Source: Lytechinus pictus
Lineage: Eukaryota
Length of the DNA: 64,000 nucleotides
Assembly (NCBI RefSeq): GCF_037042905.1
Contig: NC_087249.1
Location: 47,430,001 to 47,494,000, forward strand
Reading direction: 5' to 3'
In this document: in pieces, positions 1 to 12,500 of the stretch
Layout of the letters: the number at the start of each line of letters is the position of its first letter
Position numbering within the stretch: the first letter of the stretch is position 1
The notes under the pieces: generated by a model
Told to the model about the DNA's origin: nothing
The model's database searches: none
Seen by the model: the letters and a program-made list of their open reading frames with translations, nothing else
Made by a program: the position numbers and the translations under genes

Positions 1-16
1 TTTTAAGTCTGATATC

Positions 17-78
17 GTTCGGGGATCGAACCTATTACCTCCCGTTCATTCGGCGGGCGCTTTACAACTGAGCCACCA
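17..78 (-). mobile_element. tRNA-derived SINE head (similar heads at ~50205-50270, 60197-60263, 60818-60885)
   Basis: Reverse strand GGTGGCTCAGTTG...GGTTCGATCCCC; the acceptor stem does not pair. Confidence 0.55.
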
Positions 79-462
79 TATCTTGTATAAGATTCAAGTG
101 AGATAAAGTACATCTTTTGTTTTCTTATTATACATGCTGAACGATCCAGTATTTCATCCTGTTTAGTGCACATATTTCAAGGCACAGAACGTTGAAAGGA
201 CGTGAACAGCAAAAGGAATAACAATTGAAAAAGAACGCTTCAGGACTTTCCCGTTTGTTATAAGATCAGGTGACTGTCGGCATATTCCCAAATTCACATG
301 ATATTCAAATGGTATGTATAAAGTCTAATGCTTCAGCACATTGGGGATTATGGCGATTTAATATTACCTTTTCACTCTCCGATTTCTTTCTCCTTATGTT
401 TATTCTTTTATGTGAATAATTTCATTGAAGTTGTTTAATACCCACTTTAACATTACAAATAC

Positions 463-591
463 CTCTTGGATGGTCGGTGGGTTCTGCAGAAGACGGAGAG
501 TAAGGGAGTGAAGGTTCTAGTGTCTCCAACCCTGTGACTTCTGTCCTTTCCAATGTGACTGAGTTTCCGGTGTTTTGAGTCATAGAATGTG
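463..591 (-). CDS. Host gene exon: Ser/Thr/Pro-rich stalk 2
   Basis: [43 protein letters not shown]; CAG/GTATTT; 129 nt, phase 1-1. Confidence 0.68.
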
Positions 592-3500
592 CTGTTCAAT
601 CAAATGATAACATGAATGTCAGAATAAAGCCGTTAAGGCATAGGCTTACAGGCGCTGTTAATGACCTGCCTCGTCTCTCTTTTATTTGGGTCCTTCCTCT
701 GTCTCTGCCTACTTATTTTCGTCCGTCTGTTTCTTTCTCAGCCTTCTCTCACCGCCTCTCTCTCGACAAGACGCATTTCAGAAACTTTAAGTTCTGACCT
801 GGTATTTATTACGTAAACATGGCAACGTTAACGAATTTCGGCTAGCATGGTTATGCGACTTATCATATGTTTATGATTTATTGTTTTCTTTCATTTATGT
901 ACTTTGTGCCTTCGACTTTTTGAAATTTCGATGAATAAATATCATTATTATTATGAGTAATGGACAAAGCAAAGATCATGGAAACCATGGATCATTATGA
1001 CAGGAAGTGAATACAATAAATGGGGAGAAAAGAGGCAGAGAAAGCTTCCGATGTGAATTAAACTGCCAGATTGAAACCAATAATAGATTAAAAAAACATT
1101 AAATTGAATACACATAGGTATCACTAAGCCATAAAACGTACAGTCTGTTGGAGTTGCTGAAGCTTCTATTGTCAAGACTGGCGACATCGTTGTGGTGCCT
1201 CCACTTTGGGTTGTATTTTGTTCCGGTGACGTCATAGTAGTAGGTGCTAAGATTGTTTTTCAAGATAAATATTCAACACAATCAATATCATGTACGGTAT
1301 GCGTATCTATCAATTGAAAAACAAACAAAAATTATAGAGTTTCTAGGTATTTTGAAAGTTCGTGAAATACTCGAAGAATAATATAGGCTTGGCAAAGGAG
1401 AATGGTGCATTATGGGTACATATCCATGTACCAACATATCAACATACCACCACCGTGGTGGTGAAAGATGAGCGTCAGCTCAACATTCAAGTGTCATTTT
1501 GTTTCAAAACTTAAAGCGCCTAAGTTACCACCCGTTCTATTATTGAAGGTCAAGTCCACCCCAGAAAAATGTTGATATGAATTAATAGAGAAAAATCAAA
1601 CAAGCATAACGCTGAAAATTTCATCAAAATCGGATGTAAAATAAGAAAGTTATGATATTTTAAAGTTTTGCTTATTTTTCACAAAACAGTGTTATGTACA
1701 ACTCTAATGAGACAGTCGATGATGTTCCTCACTCACTTTTTCTTTTGTTTTTTATTGCTTTATTTATACAATATCTATTTTTTTATATATAGATTTGACA
1801 ATAATGACCAACTTGACTGAATTTAACAGTATTAAACAATGCTCATTCCACATGTTCAGGGAGAAATTAATCGTCGTTTCACTCGACAATGAGGAGAAAA
1901 GTAGAATACTCCCTATTTCATATGAGAAATTACAAAAGAAATAATGAGCAGATGACGACATCAGTCAACCAGGATGTGCATATAACTGTTTTGTGAAATT
2001 AAGCAAAACTTCAAACTGTCATAACTTTCTTATTTTATCCGAATTTGATGAAATTTTCAGTGTTATATGCTTGTTAGATTTTTCTTTTTTCATTCACATC
2101 TACTTTTTTTTTTTTTGGGGGGGGGAACTTGTCCTTTAATAAAATCAGAAAAAAATTATAAGGAAAAAATGTTCGTAAATGTTTGATAAAAATCCGTAAA
2201 AATGCGGAGTTATAATTAAAGGTTTTGATTTCATGACGTCACTGCCAATCACATTATTTTTTCTCAAAAAGTGAAGAAAAAGGGAAACGAGGAGAAATAA
2301 ATAAGAAGTGAAAGAAGAAAATAAAGGGATGGCGGATATTATAAAGGGGGTCAACTTTTTGTTGGGGTGGACTTGTCCTTTAAGCGATTCTTAACCAGTG
2401 CCGGGTTACTTACGACGTCGTAGAGTACTATAAACAAGTGGAGCGCCTCTGGCAGTCTCGCCTGGATTACGCGATTCAATATAGCAGCAGTGCTGACTTT
2501 GAAAATGACTATGAAATAATTATTCGCAAAAACATCATTCATATAATATACTACTACCTTTATTGACCCTAAATGATATTGGCCTTGACCAAGTGACCTA
2601 AGACAATAAGCAATGATACTGGATTTACCCCTATGTCCACATTTCATTAACTATATCTATAAACTTTGAATGTTACAATGGCAACTCAACAATTACCTAA
2701 AACATGGCCAAATTTCATCGACCTTAAATGACATTCGTTCGACCTTGATTATTTGACCTGAAACTCACACAGGATTTTCAGTGACAATTGATTACTCTTA
2801 TGTGCAAGTTATATGAACTAGATCTATACAATTTAAGCGTTATGGTAATTCAACAAATACCCCAAAATTGAAAAAGTTTATTGACCTTAAATGACTTTCG
2901 ACCTTGGTCATGTGACCTAGCTGAAACACGCACAGGATGTTCAGTAATCCTTGATTACTCTTATGTCCAAATTTTATGAACTAGACAATACAATTTCAGA
3001 GTTATAATGGTCATTCAACAAATACCCCCAACATGGCCAATTAAAGTTCATTGACCATAAATCACGTTTGACTTAAGTCATGTGACCTGAACCCGCACAG
3101 AATATTCAGTGATACTTGATTACTCTTATGTCCAGGTTTTATGAACTAGCTTCATGAACATTAAAAGTTATGATGGAAATTCAACAAATGCCCCTGACAT
3201 TGACCCTAAATGACCTTTGACCTTAGTCTTGTGACCTGAAACTCAAGAAGGATGTTAGTAATACTTCATTGCTCTTATGTGCAGATTTCATGAACTAGGT
3301 CGATATACTTTCTAAGTTATGGTGCCATTTCAAAAGCTTTACCTTAGGTTAAGATTTTATGTTGACAACGCCACCGTCGGAGGAGCGGCGCCTATAGTCT
3401 CGCTCTGCTATGCAGGCGACTCAAAAACTAATAACTGATTAATCTGTGAACTTATATTCTTACCATGTTCACAGACATCTCCAATAAATTCATCTTGACA

Positions 3501-6500
3501 CAAGCAAGACTTGACTGGTGGACTTGTTGAGCCGCCTATATATTCACAAGTACCCCCGTTCAGACAGGTCGCATTATGACAAGGGTCATCTGAAAAAGAA
3601 CAATAACATTCAACCCATACCTGTAGACAATATGTGTGCAATACCATAGGAATATTACATATACACATGAAACTGTAAATCCGTTTTCCCATAGGCCAAT
3701 GTACAAAGTTATGTGAAGCAATGGAGAGTATTTCTCTGACTGACTAATTAATGTAAATTCAGCGACAAGAATCCCCCCACAAAAATAACCTTTGCAAAAA
3801 CTTCAGGTCTTAAAACTGGAATTGTGAGTTATAATATCTTCTCACTCTACTGATCAGATAATGCAGTTTTATCATACATCCCTTGAAACTATTTGTTCGA
3901 ATAAGCTTAAAGAATCATTGTTCTTTAAATGTTACAACAAAAGAGACAATATTAAAGGGATGGTCCAGGCTGGAAATATTTATATCTTAATAAATAGAGT
4001 AAAATTCACAAAGCAAAATGCTGAAAATTTGATCAAAATCGGATAACAAATACCGAAGTTATTGAATTTTAAAGATTTGCATTATTCTGGTGAAACAGTT
4101 CTAGGCATGTCTTTATGAATATCTATTAGGTGTACCGATGATGTCATATCCCCACTTGTTCTTCTGTATTTTATTGTATGATATTAGGTTTACTAAAAAA
4201 AATTCTACCAAGAACTAAAACAATTGGATTAACAACTGATTAAGTGCATATTTTATTGCCACAACGTATTTCATCATAATGGAGACACATTATTTACACA
4301 TGTATGAAAAAATGACACAATTAAGATTTCATGTAATAACATAAGAAAAAGGAAAGTGGGGATATGACGTCATCAGCCCACCTAATGAATTTTCATGACA
4401 ATGTGCATATAACTGTTTTCACAAAATATTGATAAACTTTTAAAATTCAACAACTTAATTTGATCATTTTTTCAACATCTTGCTCTGTACATTTTACTCT
4501 CTTTACTTAGACATAAATATTTTCAGCCCGGACCATCCCTTTAAGGGGAATGGCATTGGAAAAGTAATGTGATGAAAGAACAAGTTCCTATTAATAGACA
4601 TAATAGTACAGAACAATAATGGACCAAAGACACATCCCTGCTTACCATACTGACAAGTCAGCCCGATATGAGGAGAATTACAATTGCATATAAAGTTGTA
4701 TGGAGTACTCTGAAGATTGTTGGTACAAATGCCTTTCCCACGACATGGGTTCGACGTACATGGGTATGCTGTAAGATTGTTAGAATTGTAAGAAAATTGA
4801 AGGCAAAAAAATAAATACCAATAAAATTGGTTAGTAACTTATTCATTTCAGGGGTAAATGTGAAATGTCCCTTAGAATATCTCACAAGAATAACATGATA
4901 GATTCTTCCCGATAAGACATTTACCCAGTCCCTACAAAATATTTATCGGTAGCAACGATCTATGATTATGAGCACGGGCGACTATTTTCATATCCATTTC
5001 TAAACGTGGATGAAGGTTTTGTTATTCGTATGTTAAAGGTATTCTAATATACCTAGATCACTTCATGGTTACATTTTGATATTGACATATCCTACTAATT
5101 AGACACAGTCATGAAATAATACATGATAAACTATGAATTATTACAAGTCATTGCAATAGACAAAAGGTCAACTTCGTAAGGTACCTTCATTTGTCAAAAG
5201 TCGGGGCCGCTTGCGAGATTCCTCGCGAAAAAGATGCGGCCCAAACTTTTGACAAATGAAGGTACATGTACCTTTTTTTTTTCATAGAAAGATTTTATTC
5301 AAAATCAAACACGAAAGCAATTCAATTTACAGAAAAATCGTGAAGCGAACATGTTTACAACAACTGTTCATGCGTACTATTATCTAATGATAAAACAAAA
5401 TTATGATGTTTTTGACTGAGAACCCTTTCAATTTCAATAGCGTTTCAATACGTTCTTAAAAGAGCTAAAACACAACCTTACAACGTCTCGAAAAAATAAA
5501 ATATTTAGCGTAAAGAATATAACGGTTTACAGTAGAGTATTGAGCGTCAGGGCAACCAAACAAAAATAAATTCTTATTCAAATACACGTCATTGTTCACA
5601 TAAGAGGTTTGGAAGTTTCGAATAAATTGTTGAGTTACAGGGCAATCCCAAAACAGATGTGAAATACTTTCAACAGAGGAAGAACAAAATGTACATAAAT
5701 TAGATTCAGACAAGCCAATATCGTAAATGTGTTTGTTCACCCCCATTATCCGATTGAAAAGTTTATATTGAAAGTAGCGGAGTTTTGTTGAAAGACAGCA
5801 TTTAAAGGGAATCATATACAATCTATTCCAATTATTAACCGGTTCATTTAAAATGGATGCCCATTTTGTTTGCGAAGTAGGGGACTTTAAGATTTTATCA
5901 ACATAAATTCTATGGATAAACTTGCATACCTTAAAAACATTTTTAAATTATAGAACAAATCTTCTTGAGTTGTTCTACTCTCAACAAGATGTTGACGAAA
6001 ATGTTTCCATTCATTGGGTATTGCAGAAATCAATGAATAATATTCAAGAAAATTACAATTGATTTTGTATTTTTGTAAAAAAGTTGTATGTGAGAGAAAA
6101 TTGTTTTGTTCATCCATTAAATGTTTAATACTGATGATCCCATTTTAAGCCAAAGTTGTTTATATATAACTTTCCCATCTACTTTGATCAATGAGTTATT
6201 CCATAATACTTGATTCTTTATATTCAAATCAGATAAATTAGGAGAGAATGTTAAACGACTCCAAGCAATTAAAATTTCTCGAATGAATTAATTTTTTATT
6301 TGTAATATTTTGGGATCATCGTATTTTAAATTACATGTCCCAAACAATTCTCCTCCAAAGGTGACCAAGTTGTGTTCGAAAAAACATTTCCATTTTCCTT
6401 TATTTTCTGTGCTCATATAACGTTTAACCCACGCAATTTTCAAGGTACCTTACGAAGTCGACCTTCATTACTATTTCTGACACTTCATTATAGTTAAACA

Positions 6501-9500
6501 ATGGGGAACGCAGGAATGATGCTGTGAAAAGACGCGTAGTGCCTAAATAGCAGAATTCTTGCGAAAATACGACATAGACTGGGTGCTTTGAGGTATGGAC
6601 AAGCTGCTATTTCTTTTTTGTTTATATTTAAAAGGGGGAATTTCTCACCATTTTCACAAAGGTTTCCGTAGTATCCCGATAAACAGGTACAATTTCGTAC
6701 AGGATAAGTTGATATGCCCTCTACGTACGAGCACGATCCGTTGTTCTCACATGGATTTGTTGAACAAGGGTTAACTAAAAATAAATTAACAAAAGTTTCG
6801 ATAGTGAAAAAACATACAAGTCTTTTGCTGATCTGCTTCGTAAATATTGGTAGATTGTACTTCTATCGGTAATGGGTAATAACCTATTACCCATGGTTAA
6901 TAACCCATTACCCCTATGGGTAATAACCCATTACCACATGAAACGCATATGGCTCAAAGAATTAAGTGTAAGTAGTAGCGGTCGGGAGAAACCCTCGACA
7001 TACCCAGGCCTAGGCTTATGAAATCGGCATACTCAGGTACGTATTCGCAAGACCGATGTCGCATCCATGGTTATGTTAAGCAGAAATTAGTTGTATATCT
7101 CAGTGTTTCATGGCATAAAATACAAAATACCAGGCGTAATCGTGACAGGGAAAGCAGGCAAAAAAAAAATGTATCCTTTACCATACTGACATGTCAGCCC
7201 GACGAAAGGAGAGGAACAGTCACATGTAAAGTTGTTTGCGGAGGCTTCCTCTTGGTTGTTCGAGCAGGAACCCCTTCCTTGGCACGGGTTAGATGTGCAT
7301 GGGTAAGCTAGAAATATCATGGTTACAAGAAAATAGTCATTGTATAATTTTCGTATTCTTATACTGTAAGTGGATGTTGAAAAGTGAGAGAACGTCAAGA
7401 TTTTGAACAGGCCTACAGGGCATCAGTCAACTTTGTCATTATGTCGTGCTTCATCTTCATTTTATTCGATACGATTATGTTCTTTGATTAAACATAAAAC
7501 CCATTAACACGAGCCTCAGATAAGACGATCACCCACTTCCACTTGTGAAAAAAACTATTTTTTTATTACATTTTCTAAATAAATCCAAATTGTGCAGCGG
7601 TTCTTTCCAATTGCATTGAGAGATGCCGAAAATTCATCTGCTTTCAATACGCACGGCCACTTCGACAAGAGCAGTATAAGTACATACCATTCTCACATAA
7701 TTCTCCGTAATGTGTTGAAGGGCATGAACACTCTCGCAAAGGGGGAGATGTCACGCCATCAGAGTATGCGCAAGTTGCTCCGTTTTGGCAGGGATTCTCA
7801 TTACATGGATTCTCTGGAAAGAAAGAAACAATAATGGGTTGGTGATCTCACAGTATAGTTTGTTGATCAGACCCTACTGGAAGAAATACATTGCATGTCA
7901 CAGTGAATGTCAACAGTGCATGATGGTGTCCATTAGAGTGAATTATTCATGTTATCCCAAAAGGTGTCCATCTGACGAAATATTTTGGCATTATTAAATG
8001 ACACGATAATACAGACAATATAGACCAAATAAAGTGCACCTGAAGTTTGTTTTTATAATTCTAAAAATACTTTCAAATAACAACTTACATTGTTGGGAAG
8101 ATTACTAGTTCACCAATGAGGAGTAATGATAGGAAGAACAAAAACCGACAGAAAGACAGAGATATACAAGAGCTTTCTAGGAACAGTCAATATTAGTTCC
8201 TTACCATACTGACAAGATCGACCGATGTATGGATGCGTACAGTTACACTCATAATCGTAGGGCAGTATTTGAATCGTGTTTGTACAAATACCATTCTCAC
8301 GACAAGGGTTCGACGTACATGGGTAAGCTGCAAGGTAAAGAAAATTCACGAGATATCATTAAGATTCTACTTTTAACCTTAGGCATGTAGTTTCCTTCCC
8401 ACTTATAGAATGAAGAGGGAACAAGTTAAATGTAGTTCATTATTACGTCATTGATTGTAATTGTGCTATATGCTGCGCATTGCATTGCTTTCATTGTCGT
8501 ACGCAAGATTTTTAACTACCTATCAAAACTATCGTCTCTTCTACCCCTTAAATTAACTTCATGAGATAATAAGAAAACAGGACATCAGATTTTTCTGGAA
8601 AATTATTCATTATCTATGTAGATTGTTCTAGCGATGCATTAAAACGCGTATCTTGGTCTGCATCAATTGCCTGTTCAATACGAGAGCGTATTCCAAAAAC
8701 GACCGAAATCACATAGGCGCCTGTACAAAACTAAGTATTGAATATGAGACTGTATTAAGCGAAATATACAACGCTTGACAATGACAATTATTTCCTTATG
8801 TCACCCGAAAAGGATATTGAAGAAAACCATAAGTTTACATTTACAACAGAACAATAATGTGAATATTTACAGTTTCATATACGGATCGTGTTTACAAGGA
8901 CTTCAGAAGGGTAAGATGAATTTATTTATTTTTTATTAATTTTCTTGCTTGTCAAATTTTTTGTCGGACGAGATCCTTTGTTTGTGGTTGAAGACTTTTT
9001 TTTTTTCCTTGTCAAATTTTTTGGCAGACGAATTTGCCCCCCTGTGGAAAAACATGTTAGTGTGACCTTAACCTTTGATATTTTGACCTCCAAATAGATA
9101 GGCTTCCTGTATCCATGCTAGTATCATACACACCAAATTATATAGGCCTAGGTTAAGTTAAACTAAAGTTATCGCGTTTACAAGGAAAAGTTAACGGACG
9201 GACAAACGGACAGACAGACGGACTGACACCGAGCGTGATACCATAATACGTCTCGTATGACGGGGGTATAAAAGACTAAATGAAGTAATATATGACAAAA
9301 ACATATAGGAGTAAAAAAAAAAGCAAAAAAAAAAAATAAATTGAAAATAATGAAAGCGATGTGATACGCAGCATAAAACACAATGATACTTTTGAGGTGA
9401 GGCCATATATTAACTGATTTTTAAGTAAAGTTTTCAGTTTTCCTTCCTTTTTCGGGGGGGGGGGGAGTGGGGTGGGATAGATAATATAAATCATACTGGA

Positions 9501-12500
9501 TGGCTTTATTTCATGGAATACTAGAAATATTTCACTGGTTAGGACGAATATTCAACTCATCTGCGTTTGGTGGAATAAATGCCCTAACTCTTTGGAATAT
9601 TTTTGTTATTCCATTCTGAGCCATCCAATATAATTATTACATCCCGTTGATGAAACACTCCCCTGATATACATACCATTCTCACACGATTCACCAGAGTA
9701 TCCAGAGGAACACACACACTCTTGTACAGGTTGGGATGACACTCCGCCTGTATATGAACAAGTGCCTCCATTTAGACAAGGGTTCGTGTAACACGGGTCC
9801 TCTGGATATAAGGAAGACATCGAAATAGTGAATCATTATGGGAGACCTTATCAGGCACTGATCCGACCCGAATGAGGGGGCGCTATGCGAATGGACTTGT
9901 CTGACGCTTTATGATACAAAGCCATGTTTTATCAAACAGAATGCTTTCATGATTAGTAGGTGTGTCTCTCATCATCCAATCAAAATCACGGAGAGTTATC
10001 AGATCCGACTTCATCCTATAGAATGACAATTTTGATTTGGGAACGTGCCCCCTCCTTTCGACCCCATTGTGCTCTAATAAGTCGCTTGTAGTAAGTATAC
10101 CCTCTCTTTTAGCCCCGACCTTCTCAGAGATGATAATGAATTATTAATCCTTTTCGGACGGTAGATGACACCTTTTCTGCTTTAGTGATAACCCTTTATT
10201 TTTCTTGCTCGTCAAAATAGTCATAACATTCATTACATGTATCATAAAATGGCTTTCTCCATAAGGGATATGCCAGGTGGAATATTGTTTGGCAAGTTAT
10301 AACACAACTTACGTTACTTGCAAGTCTATCTACATTTGCTAATCTCCATCAAGGTGTAAAAAATGGGTACTCGGTCGAAATGACTTGAATGTTTGAATGC
10401 ACGAACATCTTATCGGTGTAGCTGTGCTACAACCGGATCTATTATGCTATGCTTATTGACTATATAAATGTTGCATATTATCATCATTATTATTAATACA
10501 ATTTATTGAGTGTAAATATTTCCATACTTACCATATTGACATGTTTGCCCGATGAACGGAGACTGACAGATACACGAAAAATTGTATGGGGTGATGTGTA
10601 GATGATCTGTACATATTCCATTTCCTTGGCATGGGTTCGATGAGCATGGATATGCTATGATCGAGATAACATGAAATAAATTAACTTGAGATCGAGTAGG
10701 GAGATGCTTATTTTTTTTTTTGGAAGCAGATCTAGACAAACATATAATAGTATCACTGAGTTTACACTCAAATACTACTTTGCAATCTGAAGAGTTGAAA
10801 CAAAGGTCTACTTTTACAATTATTGTAAAAGTAGACCTATCTTTACAGACATGCATTACTTTGTTCACTTTATAAGTTTTTAATGTATACCAGGCTGATG
10901 TAGTTGTCGAGGCGTATTGAATATTTAATTAGGACGGAAATTAAGATGCAAAATTAATATAATCAAAACAATCTGATATACCTGGTATGAATTTGTATGA
11001 TTTGTTTTAGATTGCCCATTTGATATTCAATTAAATTATTCATTATCTATGTAGATTATTCTAGCAATGTATTAAGAACGCGCATCTTTGTCTGCATTAG
11101 TTGCCTGTTCAATACGAGAGCGTATTAAAAAAAACGACCGAAATCTGACGAATATCACATAGGCTCCTGTACAAAACTTGCTATTGAATATGAGATTGTA
11201 ATCAGAAGCCTAAAGCGCATGCGCGAAATATACAACGCGTGACAATATATGAAGAAAACAAATTATAAGAATAAAAAAATAAAAATAAAAAAGAAAGAAA
11301 GAAATGAAAATAATGAATGAGCGATGTGATACGCAGCATAAAATACAATGATACTTAATGATGTCATAATGAACTACATTCAAGTCACATTTTTAAGACA
11401 ATCTTATTAAGTGAGGCCATATATTATCTGATTTTTGTAACATCACTTGTTCAAGCAAAACTTTCCCTCCTTTTTCGGAGGGGGGGGGGGTTGAGTGGGA
11501 TAGATAATATTAATCATACTGAATGGCTTTATTTCATGGAATACCAGAAATATTCCACTCGTTAGGGCGAATATTCAGCTCATCTGCGATTCGTGGAATA
11601 TTTGCCCTAACTCTTTGGAATATTTTTGTTATTCCATTCTGAGCCATCCAATATAATTATTACATCCCGTTGATGAAACACTCCCCTGATATACATACCA
11701 TTCTCACACGATTCGCCAGAGTATCCAGAGGAACACACACACTCTTGTACAGGTTGGGATGACACTCCGCCCGTATATGAACAAGTGCCTCCATTTAGAC
11801 AAGGGTTCGTGTAACACGGGTCCTCTGGATAGAAGGAAGACATCGAAATAGTGAATCATTATGGGAGACCTTATCAGGCATTGATCCGACCCGAAGGAGG
11901 GGGCGTTACGCGAATGGAATTGTCTAACGCTTTATGATACAAAGCCATGTTTTATCAAACAGAATGCTTTCATGATTAGCAGTTGTGCCTCTCATCATCC
12001 AATTAAAATCACGGAAAGTTATCAGATCCGACATCATCCTATAGAATGACAATTTTGATTTGGGAACGTGCCCCCTCCTTTTGACCCCATTGTGCTCTAA
12101 ATAAGTCGCATGTAGTAAGTACACCCTCTCTTTTAGCCCCAACCTTCTCAGAGATGATGATGAATTATTGATCCTTTTCGGACGGTAGATGACACCTTTT
12201 CTGCTTTAGTGATAACCCTTTATTTTTCTTGCTCGTCAAAAATAGTCATTACATTCATTACATGTATCATAAAATGGCTTTCTCCATAAGGGATATGCCA
12301 GGTGGAATATTGTTTGGCAAGTTATAACACAACTTACGTTACTTGCAAGTCTATCTACATTCGAAATGACTTGTTTGAATGCACCAACATCTTATCAGTG
12401 TAGCTGTGCTACAACCGGATCTATTATGCTATGCTTATTGACTTTATAAATGTTGCATATTATCATCATTATTATTAATACAATTTATTGAGTGTAAATA

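Noticed and set aside
7592-7997. Plus-strand ORFs 7592-7834 and 7785-7997
   Set aside because: Antisense shadow of EGF exon 7688-7813 and its flanking intron.
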